A DNA stretch of 64,000 nt from Paraphysomonas bandaiensis (taxonomy: Eukaryota > Protista > Chrysophyceae), in contig CBFFRP010000016.1 of assembly GCA_965644295.1 (NCBI GenBank), positions 1 to 64,000 on the forward strand, in the 5' to 3' direction. A program made the translations under genes and the position numbers. Shown here one piece after another: positions 10,711 through 25,201 of the stretch. Position 1 is the stretch's first letter. The number at the start of each line of letters is the position of its first letter. Under the pieces are notes generated by a model, which saw nothing but the letters and a program-made list of their open reading frames with translations, ran no database searches and was not told the origin of the DNA.

Positions 10711-13644
10711 ATGAGACCGAATAGTCGTGGAACTGGCACTGCAAGTGGCCCGCCTGGTACTGGGGCCAGACCTGGGAGTGGACGACGTCCTCCCGGCACC
10801 GCGTCACGTCTTCGTACAGGCGTGGCTCCCACTGGTCCTGGAATGCAGGCTGCTCAGGGTGTGTCCCTCTCTGCCAGCATCAATGTGTCGGACCGGCCTG
10901 TTACAGGTCAGGGAGTGATGGGCATGAAGACACAGGGGCAGGGTCCAGGAAGACTAGTTCAGGACCCTGCTTACTACGTAGGCCTTCTTCGAAAGAAAAT
11001 AAACGAAGTAGGCAATGAGACCCGTCGACTGCAAGAGGAGATTGATCAGCAGAATAGAGATAAGTCCCAACTGGGACAGTTGGAGAAGAGGTATGAAAGT
11101 CTGATCAAGAATAAAGAATCCTTGGAAGGACAGCTGGCAGATTACAATCTTGCTTTGGATAAGGTTACTCAAGCTTGTAGTATCTCTTCTAGGTATGAAT
11201 TGACGTGGCTGTACAGACAAGAACTTCGACAGATGTGGATGATGTTCAACAAATGGCCTTGCAGCTGGGTGAGAAGAACAGACAAATGGGACAAGAGCTC
11301 GATAGAATTTTCATGTTACGTAGGCAGCGTGAAGCTGAAACCACCAAGGTATTTATTCGTTTATTCGATCGTAGTCGCTGAATTACTCTCCTGTACTATA
11401 TATCAATCTTTTTACCAGTACCCTTTTTTCAGCGTGTAACCTATATTGCAGATCGAGGAAAGTATCAATGCACACTATCAAGCTGTGCAAAAGCGAATTA
11501 ACGAATTGGAACCAGGAAAGCTGAGAGCGTACAATGATCTTTTGGAAAGGTTTCTGACATTAATGTGTACCGTTTTTGTTTGTTGTTTATGTGCGGATTC
11601 CTGTCGGAGTAGTCGTAGTCTGTATTGTTGAAATGATTTAGTTCAGTACGTCATACTCCAGTGAATTGTACATTGTAGTGATTTTGTATTGTAGACAAAG
11701 GTCACTTCAAGACCAATTATCTAATGCAGAGGCTAGACTGCATGAGGTAAGGCATTTGTTACTTTAGTATCGTGTGTTACCCATGCCTTCAGGTGAATGG
11801 AGAAATAGCACGTTTGGAGGAAGATGAAAAAGGATATTCTCACCGGAAAGAGTTCGCGAACTTAGAAAAACAGGTCCGCAACAAGATATATATATGTTTT
11901 TCTACGTTTTTTCGTTGTATAGCTCCTGGACATGACATTGATTATTTTATGGACAGTTGACTTCTGCGAAGCGCAATTATGACTCACTCAGTGAAGAATA
12001 CGATATTGCCATGCTAGACCCCAAAGAGGCTCATGCTAAGTTTGTGGCACGAGTAAATGACCATAAACAGGTACGTATTATTTTCCTTCTGCTCACGGGA
12101 TTATAAGGCGTCATTGTAGAACACAAAATTTATGGACTCGAAAGCCTCCTCTCTGAGGAGTGAAATCAAGAACCTGAAGCAGCAACTGGAAGAGCTATCG
12201 AATACGGCTATCAGTCAATCGGAGGTGTTAATTTGCTATAGATGATAGATTTATACAGTACTTTTCTTGAGTGTAATTTTTCATTTTGGCTTTTATTATG
12301 CACATGTTTGATATTGTCAAACTATCAGGAAGACAGCAGTGAAGCGGCGAAATATGACCTATTAATGAAGCGTGATCAAGAGATGACCGCTTTCATGGAT
12401 AAATTTGATGAGGTATGATTGGATGAGTTAGTAGGGATTTTACTATAGTACCGTTACTATATTGTGGAAATACTTCCTGTTAGCCCTTAATGACAATAAT
12501 TTCGGAATGAAGTGCTTGGTACGTGGAAATGTGATGATTATATTTGTAGACGAGAAGTGGTGTCATGGCGGAACAAGAGAATGCAAAGTCACTTGTGGTA
12601 GGACTTTTGGAACACATTGGGCGTGGACTGGATGATGCCACCAATCTCCCGGATGCAGGGGTCATGGGTACGTGCCCGGATGTATATAGTGCAAGTTGTG
12701 TAACCCTACAGAGTGACATTCCGTATTCTGTCGGAGAAATGGGTTACTTTTCTATATCTTATTGTATTTTGTTATATTACGCAGGTGAAATGGAAGACGC
12801 CAAGGCATTTAAAGAGCGGAATCTAGCCACTGCTCAAAAGTGAGTCGTGCTGTTGATTAGGATATATATATACATCCGACAGTTGTCGTTCTATTGGACA
12901 TTTCTGACGTCGCTTCATATGGAAACTACTGACTGTGCATGTATACAGGACGATGGAGTCACTTCAAGCCGAGCGTGTCAAACGCGAAAAGGAACTTGAG
13001 ATGCTTCGCTCTTCCGAGCCAAAGCTCTTGCGAGAGATATCTGGCCTAAAAGAGTCCATGGCCAGAATGAACGAAGAAATGAAGGTATAGTGATGTATTT
13101 AGTGCATTTATCATTTATGTGCAACAATCAATATGAACTGAGATATTCTTCATAGGAATTCAGCAACATCGAGGCAATGCAGCGGAAGTTTGAACGAACT
13201 CAGCGTGAGCTCCAGGAGCTGCGGAAGTCTTACATCAAACGAAAAGATGCAACACGGCAGCAAGTACAGGCCCTCTTCGCCGAGCACGAGTCTCTGAAAA
13301 AGATGCTTGCTTCTAATGACACCGACAGAGACCTTGAAGATACCGAGAAGAGACTGAAGCACTATGAACGGTGTGTGGGTTCCTTTCTGTAGTTGAAGCA
13401 CCAGAGTGACTATATTGTAGGACAATATTTGAAGCCCGTGAATTTATTGAATCGAAGACGCGTGAAACAGATTACGAACTCGTCAAGGGAACCTGCATGC
13501 GGGTAATAGCTGATGATATTGTATTGTGGTAGGCTTTTGCTCAATATATACCTGCAGATGACAGATACCATCAATACTACTGCTATCAAGCTAGCGATGG
13601 AGGGAGGCAACAATAACCCTTCAGGTGGAGCGGGACGCTGGTAA
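10711..13644 (+). CDS. IFT74: Intraflagellar transport protein 74; many short GT-AG introns
   Basis: Basic N-terminus RPPGTASRLRTG, DRPVTGQGVMGMKT, RLVQDPAYYVGLLR, LEGQLADYNLALDK, KYDLLMKRDQEMTAFMDKFDE, long coiled coil; stop TAA at 13642-13644. Confidence 0.96.
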
Positions 13645-13999
13645 ATATCATGAGCGACAGAGTTTTTAAAAATCAATGATTTGAGCTTTTACCACTAGTT
13701 TGAAGTAGATATAGAGGTGGTACCACAGAACTGTGAGTAGTTTGAGTTTAATTAGCTAGTTTGTGACATCATGCATATGCATATTCTTAAGTAACAGTGC
13801 ACGAAATATATTACAATCCTTACAACAGGTGTGATGTTTATTGAAGCAGTAAAAAATTAGCACTACATATGATACATATATAATGGGCAGTGCTTTAGTA
13901 TTAGTATCACAGAGTTAACTATGCTCTAAAGATGTATTAAAAGTAAAGAAGTAAGCAACATATTCCGCACGAAGTATCCGAGCGTGGAATTAATATGCG

Positions 14000-15025
14000 G
14001 ATAGTGTACATTGTACACTACAGAAAAAAACGAGAAGAGTAAGAAGGGGCAAGTCTTTTACCCCAATGGAAATTCCACTCCGTGATATGTGATAAAATTT
14101 TATCAGGGATCAGGGCTATTACAGAATATTATTTATTTAAAGATATCTTCAATATGTTTCCTATCTTAAAGAGTGGGTCCCGCACTTACTTATATTCAGC
14201 ATGATTAATTTACAACTATCGGACTTTCGATAAATAAATTGTACATTTACAAGCCTGGTGGATAAGCTGACTGCCATTTGCAAACTCTGAGGAAGGTGAA
14301 CGTCAGCTCGATCTTCACGACGTTAGGACATTGTTTGGCAAACTCATTACAACACGCTCGACTGTCGAGCGACATAAGGATTAAAAGGCTTCTTCGAAAA
14401 GAGAGCCGTGAAGGTGACAGGTGGCAATGAAGCTTCACGTAAAGGATCAAAGTAACATTTTGCTAAGGAGGAAGAATGTGATGATGACAGTGGGGAACTA
14501 GTTCAGAATTTCAAGTGAGTAATAATTTCAACACACGCAGCGTTTGATGATGATAACAGGTAGCCGAAACGAGTACACCTTTACAAGCAAACTTGATCCA
14601 AAGCATGAAGCACCCTCAAACCAATAAGGTTGCATGGTTATTCAGTAGCAGTGAATGTCTGACTACTGATTATTAACAATAGGGGTTTAAGAGCAGGACT
14701 AATTTAGCATTACCATTGCAGTTTATATAACTAGTGCTTAACTCTGCTATCCTACTATTTAACGCTACGAAAACTGCTTGTGCATCACCTCAAAGGATTA
14801 TTAAGTAAACTAAGATTAATATTCACAAGAGTGTGACTTCTCGGCATTTGGAGTTACTCATGTTTTTACGCGTGAATCGCGCCTCAGGAATGAAATGGCA
14901 GTTGAGAAAGCACTGTTGGCAGCTAATGTATAGCTATATACGCACGTAGTTTAGAATCAATTAACTGAGACAATAGTAATCGCAATTAGAATTGACTACA
15001 ATATGAGTCAATTAGCTGCGTCCGT
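14000..15025 (+). mobile_element. Decayed hAT-like transposase relic
   Basis: Broken frames give QLDLHDVRTLFGKLI (about 14305-14350), PQTNKVAWLFS (from 14614; like PxTSxxVERLFS) and HLELLMFLRVNR (14845-14880; hAT C-terminal dimerisation-like), followed by CAATT-rich subterminal DNA. Confidence 0.6.
14643..14795 (+). mobile_element. Dispersed repeat family B copy inside the hAT relic
   Basis: AGTGAATGTCTGA...AACTAGTGCTTAACTCTGCTATCCTACTATTT...CGCTACGAAAACTGCTTGTGCATCACC matches 61435-61570. Confidence 0.8.
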
Positions 15026-15369
15026 ATGTTAGAAACAAGTCACAAACATGCTATAAACACTTTTCAATTTTCTTCTGTTGGGTTGTTGAAATATCAGTAT
15101 TAAGGTAGTGTTATCATGTACATAGTGCTCTTTATCATAGTGTTCTAGCTGGCTGTAAATCCTATGAATATCAACTTTACGCTAAGCTCATATCTTACGC
15201 ATATAAAAACAGGACCCTGGCTAGAATTATTACTGAGCTACAATCCTGGATATGCAGAAAGTTGAACTGGCCTCGTACATCTTGCAAAATTACACAAAAT
15301 GATCACCAGATAGAAAGCAATCACAATGATTGGACATGCTAAGGTCGGGCCATACTTGAGTGGGAGCAT

Positions 15370-16375
15370 CTATCTGCGATAGTCGTCATATCTGTCGCGG
15401 GATCTGCGGTCACGGTATCCACCCCTGTCACGAGAGCGAGAGCGGCGGTCGCGATAACTGTCACGGTAGTCATCTCTGTATTTTCATATTATGAGGTATA
15501 CGTTCATGGACAATACGGAGCTAAACAAATACAGAGATGTACGTTATATATGAAATCAAAGCCATCACCTGTATCTGCCCCCGCCACCGTTGTGGTATCC
15601 TCTGTCTCCCCTGTCGTAGGAACGATCTCTTGATCTACCCCTTCCTCCGCCTCCTCCTCGTCTTTCCTGTGTTACAAAGACAGTAAAAGTTAGTCATAAA
15701 CCACGTATAATATCAACTTCTATAGAAAAATATATTGGAACAAAAGGAGCCAAACATAAAGTATTAATACATGACAAGTTTAATGAATACACTACCTCTA
15801 CAACCCTGACACGGTTTCCCTTGAGATCAGCATCATCGAGTTTACGGAGGGCATTCTCCATATCTCCGTATGTCTCGTATTCGATCACCCCCACACGCTC
15901 GCCCTGCCTGTTAAACACATCCTGCATAGGTGTAAACGTCAATTACACTGTAACTACGAGAGACAAATACACGATATACAAGAAAAGAAGTACACACAAA
16001 AACAGCAACCATACAGCAATACAATTATACCGTAAAGATGGGTCTTCCGGCCTCGCGGGCGAAGTCTTTGAGGTCCTGCCAGCTGGTGCTCTGATTTAAC
16101 CCCTCAACAGTCACTCTGAAATCAGTTTTCGGTACACGACTGCGATTATCACGAGCTCCCTTCGCAGCCTCGACTATGATCCTTGATCCATCGATCTCTT
16201 TACCGTTCATGTCATGCATAGCATCCTCTGCATCACGATTGTCTGCATACTCAAGAAACGCGAAACCATTCTTGACATCGAGCTTAGTGATACGACCGAA
16301 AGTCTTAAAGGCATCCTCTAGCTCCCGCTCACCGGTGCTCTGAGAGAGCTTTCCAATATATAGACGCAATGACAT
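15370..16375 (-). CDS. Serine/arginine-rich splicing factor (two RRMs plus RS/RD tail; SRSF4/5/6-like); 4 exons
   Basis: MSLRLYIGKL...KNGFAFLEYADNRDAEDAM, pseudo-RRM motif SWQDLKDF, and an RSRSRD-rich tail ending at TAG 15370. Confidence 0.93.
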
Positions 16376-17031
16376 ATCGCTAATTACAGGCAATAGAGGC
16401 GGTGAAGTGTGCAATGTTTAATTGTGATGTGCATGTAGGTCTATAGGCACCGTACAGCAGTATATGCATGTATGTATGATGTATGTATGTATGTATGTAT
16501 TGTATGTAGCGAGCCAGTCATGTGCTGCTCTGTATGATGATGTACAGCAGTATGTACGTATGATGGTGTATGTGGTACTGCTATATGCAGCATGGCATGC
16601 CATGAGCATGCATGCAAACATGCAAGTTTTTTTGACACCTACCCACACTGGCTCTCGTTATACGGAGGAATACGTCTCTATACTGGATTCGAAAAGATGC
16701 TCTCTGCTCCCCGTGTTTAAAGCCTGTATTCTGTGCCGTATTTATCTTTGTACAGTCAAAGAGATCTTATGTTGAGCGTTGTCCAATAGAAAACAAGATA
16801 TTCTCTTTATAGTGATATGGTTGGACATATATGGAAGTGCGATGTGTTTTGCTGCTCTGAGTGGATGTACTCTATGTGTATGAATATATGCACACAGAGT
16901 GTGGCTTCACGTGCTTGTGCGCATAGATATCGCATGGTGTCTTAACTATCAGCCGATCGACGTGCATGTTCTGCATATGCAATACACGTATATATCCATA
17001 GTATAGGGGTTGAAGATCTCGAACAAGACCA

Positions 17032-19562
17032 ATGAGCTGGGCGTCTCGAGGTACTCCATCATCGCGAAGGAGTCGTATAGCTACCATAGAGAAAAGAACG
17101 ATTAACACTGAGATGCCGCCTATACAGCAGCTCTTCTCCACTCTCGCAAAGAGAGGAGACGTGAAACTGACAAGAGATCTTGCGGATAAAGTGTATTTTT
17201 CGTCACTCCCCTCAAAAGACGCCTCCGCTGCTCTCTCTGCGCTGTCGATGAATGTAACTAACATCGAATGCATGCAAAACTCAGGATCTCTTGGAGCTGT
17301 GATTGAAATGCTGCGTAGAATAGATTTCAGTGCAGATTTGGACGAGAACCATGTTGCAGACCTTGTGAGAAGTTTGGGTATATTGACGGAAAACGAAATT
17401 GCTCAGCATCGTGTACTATCAAATAAGTATGCGTGCGACAACATATTAAAGCTTTGTATGCATACGCGCAGGACTATTCAAGAGAAAATATTTTTATGTT
17501 CTGGATCGTCTCTGTCGCCAAGAGTACGGGTTAAAGATATTTCTCCAACATGGCGTGTTCGAGGTGTTACTGACTCCTGCAATGCTGTATTGTGGCTCAG
17601 AAAGACTATCTGTGAGGAATAGGGCGGCGCATTTGATTAGTAGATTGGCTGCAGTTGCACCTGAAAAATTTCCAGTTGAATTGATGGAAACCTTATTAAT
17701 TTTAAATGGATCACGTATGGTAAATGGATACATTGAAATGCAACTTCTCATTGCATTACTCTCTCATTTAACGTGGTTGTCGAATGAAAATAAAGTATTA
17801 CATGGCTGTCCATCTTTACTTGCACATCTGGTGAAGGAAATTAAGTTTGAGAAGTTTGAAGACCTCGAACATGTATGTAATGAAGTGCCCATTTTGTCTG
17901 CAGTTGTTATTCTTTAAATCTTATTCGAACTGACTTTGTTCGTGTTTCATATAGCTTCTTCTGCTTCTGAAGTGTTTGATGATGATTTCAAGAGACAGTT
18001 CACAGGGAAAATTCCTACTTCAAAGTGGACTTAATATAGCTCTGCAATACGTTGTACTGACAGACTTCGAATTGTGGTGCAAGAGTTTAGACACTCATGA
18101 ACGCCGTCCTGCGACCATTCAAGGAAGTGGAAGTGGCGGGGGAACGGGAATGGTGAGTGAAAGTATTGGAGGACGACCACAAACGTCAGGTACGCAAACT
18201 CTGAGTGTGATTCGGGGCATTCGACACACTCGTAAACGCAAGACAGACGATATCAACTATAAAACTACCCGGCTTGTTGTGCTAATTTATGAAAATGTTC
18301 TCAAGTTAGACGTCCAAGTTATTGGTGGGATTGTATCCTCTGGCCTAATTTCAGGACTACTTTTTCGTGTTGGAAAAGGGAAAAATATTGACAAGCGGTT
18401 TCGTAAGCTTGCGGTTCAATTCCTATTTCGAATTCTTGTAAAGGTGGCTCTAGAACAACCGGTATACAGACGACCGATGGCAGTCATCAGCTTTGGCTCA
18501 AGGCCGTCGGAATACTCAAGAGGCGGATCACGTAACTCCGCGGGAAGTGATCGCATTGAGGCTTTGGGTGCTGGCGTGGCGAGTAAATCCGAAGTAGTAA
18601 CGGTACGCACAGTGAGTAACAAGCTACACGCGCAGGGGGTTACAGATCTCCTAATATACTGCCTTGAGGGCGACGACTATGAAGTTGTGGCCGATGCGAT
18701 GACGAGTCTTGCCTCTATGCATTTCCCAGTTATCAAGAGTAAAATTATAAATGAATATATACTGGGTAAAATATGTGGATATACGATGACTAGAAGAGAT
18801 TGTTTTTTCTCAGGACTTGCTTTGTTATGCGATGTAAGTTTTCTGGTAGAATAAATTCACATGTATTTGTTGCACGGAAGGCGAATTGCACCTGCTGTGA
18901 AGATTTTGATTCAACCTTATATACTTTTAATTTTCTTATATTTTATATATATCAATATGCAATATAAATATGAATGGCTGACTTTTCTTTTGCAGACCAT
19001 AAAGTCTCCGCCTGGAGATCATTTTCCTGGTATGATCGAAATGCTTGTTGATGGGTTTTGTGTAACCAACATTCTGATACGCTCAATGAAGATGTCCGGA
19101 TGGATTTTCAATATGAAGGTAGTGAAACCGACAGTATTATATAGTCTCTGATTGCAGATAAAATAATAGTGTTTTGTTTGAAATTATTTTTAGTAAATTC
19201 TCATGAATGATTTCCTTTTGTAGTCGAATGTTTATGAAGCGCTGGCACTCTTGTCATCACATCCGAAATTTCACAACTACGTAAGAAAGACTCGAGGAAT
19301 TAATGTTGTTGTGTACGAGGTTGATATTCGCCGTAGACAGCGGTCTAGTCGCCGAAAAAATAATGAAGAAGTGGATGAAGATCCCGCAACTGACGCACTT
19401 TTCTCTGTCTTAAAATCAGATTGGGCAGCCACTAAATTACAGGCCCTGTACCGAAGATATAAAATTCAAGGGAAACGGCATTTTCTTCGCAGACCTTCGT
19501 TTTCTTTTGATGTGCTGAATGTAGCAGTAACGAAATCTTGCACTGATGTTGATAGCGACTAA
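17032..19562 (+). CDS. ARM/HEAT-repeat protein with C-terminal IQ motif; apparent +1 frame break near 17491
   Basis: Leucine-rich helical repeats; AATKLQALYRRYK is an IQ motif; three GT-AG introns; the frame changes between 17450 and 17620. Confidence 0.7.
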
Positions 19563-19734
19563 TTCTTTACATGTGAATATGTATGTCGTTTTCAAAAGTA
19601 GGTTTACTAATATTCCATAAAATCGACAGTAAATACACTTTTGACAGTATTGTAGTATACACTTTTGAACGTAACATGAATTTTTATTTCTTTTGAACTA
19701 CTACTGTGAGCTAAAGTTTGAAGTTTAGGGGTCT

Positions 19735-19758
19735 ACATACATACATACATACATACAT
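19735..19758. repeat. (TACA)n microsatellite, about 6 units
   Basis: Read directly from the sequence. Confidence 0.9.
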
Positions 19759-19916
19759 GAAGCGAGAAATATGAATAGTACACTACCTTTTGTACTAGAA
19801 ATAAGGGAAAATGACCAACTTTATATCCGATACCGATCAGTAGAAAATATCATAGAAGAGTAATCAACGGCCGACTGAAGACTTAGCAGCACCATTGTAG
19901 ATTAAAGGCACTAAAC

Positions 19917-20203
19917 CCTCAACAAAGTCGGACTCACGCCTTTTCGTGATGTTTTGGGAAATAAGTACAGGAGAGATTTCTCCGGGAAACTAACGTGAGC
20001 CGCAAACATATAGAAGTAGATATTGTTATGTCCACTCATAGCCGAATGCTTGTGTGGTCCAAGGAACACCAATAAGTGTCACTTGTGTAAACGTCATTGG
20101 GCTCTGACGAATAAATAGACATCCAGGAATGGACCCACCTGAAGGGTAGCCGGGGTATTGGGCTGCCTGCTGAAGTGAAGAATCCGGGCTGTTGACCTTA
20201 AGG
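19917..20203 (+). mobile_element. Family A element, full copy 2
   Basis: CCTCAACAAAGTCGG...GACCTTAAGG, collinear with 6476-6760. Confidence 0.9.
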
Positions 20204-21188
20204 ATTTTCTGCTCATCGAGTCCGTTCATGGAGTGAGCGTAGCAAGGAATACTTAAAGGTTTCATAGATGACAAAAAAACGGCAGCCATAAACTCTCTCT
20301 AGAGAAAGTAGTGCTGTGTACAAATACATTTTGTCGTCATTCGTTGTAGCTATGTGTGAGTATATTGTTAGACCAAAAAAGTAATAGTCTTGTCAATTAT
20401 TAAATATTACAATAATTAACACACTGGGATAATTATAATTGACAATACACAAAAGCAAGAAATATGGTCTGATTGTCAGACATCACTGAAGCTGCAATAT
20501 TGTCTATATAAGTGACATGACACAGGTAGTCCGTAACTTGGTGCCATTACCAGTAACGGTTATCAGGCCCTGTTCGAAACAGTACCTAATTGATCAATTA
20601 ACGCAGCCCAGATATATATATAAATAACACCACTGCACTCAATAAAGTACAGGAACATCCGGGGGAAAATGTGAATGCAAGCTCGTAAATATTATTATAC
20701 TAATAATTGTATTTGTCATGATCATTGATCATGAATGAATAAATATAAAAAGTTTTAAGGTTTACATCATAGTAGTTTTCATAAGCAAAATGAATTTTTC
20801 TTGGCATGGAAATCAGAAAACCATTGCTTATACGAATGTATATAATATATATATCTATAGAGGTGCAATTGTAGTAATTCTGACTAAGTGACATAAATAA
20901 ATTAAATATCTTATCGTCGAACAGCTACGGTATTCACCCGTTATACTTTGCATATAAACTCATTTGATAGCATAAACCTAAGTATTACCGCCTTATCTCA
21001 AATCCTCATCTCTAAATCACGATGTATTCCTTATTCGCCACTCCAGTACGATAATATACACACACTATATACTGCCTAATCCCAGTGATACATCGACATT
21101 AGATCAATAAATTCACGCACTCAAAACATGCGTCGAGTATCGAGAGACTAGATATGTCCCAACTCTTTCACTTCTGCCGCACACAGTT

Positions 21189-22890
21189 TCAGTTCCCATG
21201 TCCAACCGCCAGTGCTTGGATTTGCTCACCCAACTATATCAAAGATATGATGCCAAAGTTGTTTAATTGTTCATTGTATACTATCAACAAGCACAAAAAA
21301 TACGACAGACGTAAAACAAAAAATGCCGGACAACACTGCGGTTGTGCAACAAGACATTGCGTATATAAAATCATAAATACTAGTAGGCCAACAACGTATA
21401 CAACAAACCGCATGCGATGAAACGATATTTCCTACCTGTTGATAGAGCTCTTGTTGATCCTCCACAGGTAACATTGATGCGGACGTCAGGAGACTCTTCA
21501 CGGTTGGGACTCTCGGAACAATGAATGTGAAGACATGTACCCATGTAAAGCACAGCATCAGTAGCTGACAGTCCATACGGTCCATCATTCCCCCATGTCC
21601 TGGGAAAAAGGACTCGAAGTCTTTTATACCATATGCGCGCTTTATTGCACTTGCCATGAATCCTCCAAACGGAGCTACAATAGATGCAAACAAACCGTAC
21701 ATTAGGCCATGTAATTGAATAGGAAGTAGCGATACGGTGGCATCTTCCCCAAATACAGAAGAGGGAAGACTGTATTCCTTCGGCAAGAACACCGGGTTGA
21801 CTTCACAAGACAATTCGGCCACTGCCGGTGGTATAAAAGACAACTCCTCTGCGGGACATATGAGCCAGGAGTATTGCGATAACAGCACAGGAAAAAAGAA
21901 GGAGAAGACCATGGTCAGCAGACCTGCACCAATGAATCCTTCCCAGGTTTTGTTTGGGGAGATGGCTAGAAACGGAGCTTTAATAAACTTTCGTCCCATG
22001 GTAATACCACAGAAGTAAGCGGATACATCATTCATGACAACAGTGGCCATAGGAAAGAAAAACCATATCATGCCCTGCAATACACAGTTGGCGAGAAATT
22101 TGCATTGGCCCACCACTAAACAGATAGTGGCGAAAGTCCACATCAACTGACTCAATTGAAACTTCATGAGGCCTTGCTTGAGCGTCAATACAGCTGATAA
22201 CCAGCAAAAAATGAGCAACAGGGTCGAAGAAATGAAACACAAATGGCAACTACAGAATACCCATTTTCACTTTCCGAAATGATAAAAAGCATTCACATAC
22301 GTCAATATCACGAACACTTACTTATCATGAAAAGAACACAATATAGTCCAAATACTGCAACATCCAAGTACTGCGTTATGTCTGTCAGATGAACCAGGAG
22401 TTTATTCTCAGAACAGAATCTATGAAAACTGTCCCCATCTGCATTGTACACATACATAACATTCCGCGCGATGAATCAATACATAGCTTACATATATATA
22501 TCATAGCCAGATTGAACCACGACCACTGTATGGTGCGAAACAAAGGCATAGACTTTTCCTGAGCTCTTCTGTATCGGACATTCACTAACTCACGGAACAG
22601 TTCAGCCTGTGTTCATATAAGCAGTGAGCTGAAGCCTCTACATGAGCACTACGAGGCACCTGTGTGACAACTGCAGTGAGTATGCAATACATGTGTCCTC
22701 CTCGAAGCATTGACAAGTAGTAAGCAGTCATACAGCAGCCCATTCCTGTGCGGACTAATATTTTTTTAATGGATGACTCTTTGCGGGCAGGTGCAGGTGC
22801 AGGCCGCCTGTGTGCGTCATCGTCTGATATGTCTGATGACATGAGCTCTTGAGGCTCTCGGTGCTTGGCTCTTCTTCTTGCTGTACTCAT
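21189..22890 (-). CDS. CDS: Phosphatidate cytidylyltransferase (CDP-diacylglycerol synthase)
   Basis: ISPNKTWEGFIG, SAIKRAYGIKDF and PGHGGMMDRMDCQ signatures; multi-TM; GT-AG introns. Last exon LGEQIQALAVGHGN* is inferred. Confidence 0.93.
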
Positions 22891-23317
22891 GTCAGTGTAA
22901 GATATGGCGGGATTAGAGATTAGAGATACGGGGATGCGATGAGTTCCTATGAAGAATGAGCATGCTGCAGATGTCCTACACAGATACGACCATACACACA
23001 CCCATACACACATACATACATATCCATATACACATATACAGAAGTATCGTCCGTATTTGAATGGTACTGTATTTACTGTATGAGATAGCTGGACAAGCTA
23101 CACTCACTCTGTATACGCAGAACTATACCATATACTGCTCTAGATATACTGTAGGTACAGTGCAGTACTGTATCTGTGTATCTATATCCCTATACGGTGT
23201 ATGTGTGTGTATACATCAGACGATACGTTCATGCAGAAGGGAATGTGAGTTATGTCAGTTAGTTGAATAGAGTGCGAATTCCTTCTCATAGTCTACATTC
23301 CTTTCACTTCCACGCCA

Positions 23318-25201
23318 ATGAAAACTGCTCAAAGAAACAGTGCGGCTGCTGCAGAGTATGCCAGGAAGAAAAAAGAACAGTTACAGCGTGCCAATCAAAT
23401 GCGAGCGGAGCGAGAGAGAGCACAGGTCCCTTCCTCTGTGTTTAATACTGAGAGAACTGCAGAGGCTATGACATCCGCCACACCTACTCAGCAGTTGATT
23501 TCTACATATGCGAGCTTGGAGGGACCTTCTATGGAGCCTGTTGCGGAACATATACGCATATCACGAAAGCACTATCAGCGATTAGATGATAATCAGATGC
23601 GCCAGAATGCTGCTCGGGATAGACAAAGGATAGAAGCAAGTATGAAACAGTTAAAACCTGCAAGATCAACCAATATCGGCAATCCTCGAGTGACGGCTAG
23701 CACAGTCATTAACGAATCGTACTCCCTAAGTCAACCAAGGACTTGTAGTAATCACCATTCAGATAGTGCTGAATTCATAGTTCCTCCAGTAGATCCTGCT
23801 GGGTCCCAATTCGATGTCAGTGACAGGCCGCTCCTTTGTCTGTCATCTAACATGCGCAATGAGGTAGTTGTGGGTTCTGCCGACCATGCTTTGTATGCCA
23901 TCGACATCAATGCATCCAGTAAATATTCTAAACCCATAACAATGTACAATAAGACAAATGGACACACTGATTGGATCACTGGTGTAGCTCACCTTCCTAA
24001 TGGAAAGGTACGCTTTACTTCCGCGCTTCAATATATATGATATGTTGATATGGGCGTGAAATAGGTAATTTCCTCATCAATGGATGGCAAGTTGTGTCTT
24101 TGGGATACATCTCGTCGTCGGTGCGACGATCTCTTTGGTCACGAGGGTTCCATAGTCAAGGTCAGTAAAAGACACTGTGCTCGCGTCAGTACGCTACTGG
24201 GGCATCCTTATGCTTTTGATATGCTCATGCTCTATTCACACAGTTGTATATTTGGGCAGCATTTTGCTGCACGATATATATGGTTTCTGACAAGGTGTGT
24301 TCAGGTAGTAGCGGATACAGTGCATAACGTGGCGTTGTCCTTGGGATATGACGGAAATGTTCTTCTATGGAGTTTCCCGGACAGTTCATCTACTAGTAAA
24401 AGGACCGGAAGGACGTCCGCATACACTCCAGCTGCTGTATTGACTGGTCATGATTGCCCGGTATTGGAGTGCTCTTACACAGGTGGACGGCTTGCATCCG
24501 GAGGAAAGGATGGCGGACTAATCCTGTGGGCTTGTGAGACTGGGGAGATTGTTGCGAGGTTGTTGTATTCGTACAGAGCTACGCTTTTATAATGTGATTC
24601 TTAGGTATCGAGCGCACAAAGCACCGGTTACTGCAGTGGAGCCTGTGGGCACGACCGGAATGTTCTTGACAGGTGGGGCAGACGGTTACGTGAAGGTCCG
24701 TTTACGTGCGCTTGATACATGTGAACAGTATTGGTGAGTGTATTGCAGGTATGGGATAGCCGTGAGAGGAATGCTGTACAGAGGATTCCGGCACATACCC
24801 AAAAACAGCCAGGTCGTGAATATTCTGCTGCTGTGGCATGTATGTCTACAAATGCTGCTGGGAGAGGGGGTGGACAGCTAGGTTACATCACGACGGGGGG
24901 TGCAGACAGTGCACTTGTTGTGATAGATCCAAGAGGCGGTAGTGGGAGCTACAGTATTGTCGATCGCCATGAGCATCATCAGAATGGTATATACTCCCTT
25001 TGCTCTATTGGCAGCCACTCCGTTGCTTCAGGTGATGGAATGGGAATGATGCTGGTATACGACCTCACGTGTAGCGGTCGTGATGCTCTTAAGTATGGAC
25101 TTGGTGCCTCCGGAAGCGGGGCTGTAAGGGCTATAACGTGTGTAGACGGGAAAATAGTTGCGTGTGGGGAAGATGGCAAAACTTTAGTTTACAAGTATTG
25201 A
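23318..25201 (+). CDS. WD40-repeat protein with N-terminal coiled-coil/disordered extension
   Basis: GHTDWITGV, SSSMDGKLCLWD, GHDCPVL..LASGGKDG, AHKAPVTAV..TGGADGYVKVWD; 4 GT-AG introns. Confidence 0.9.
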
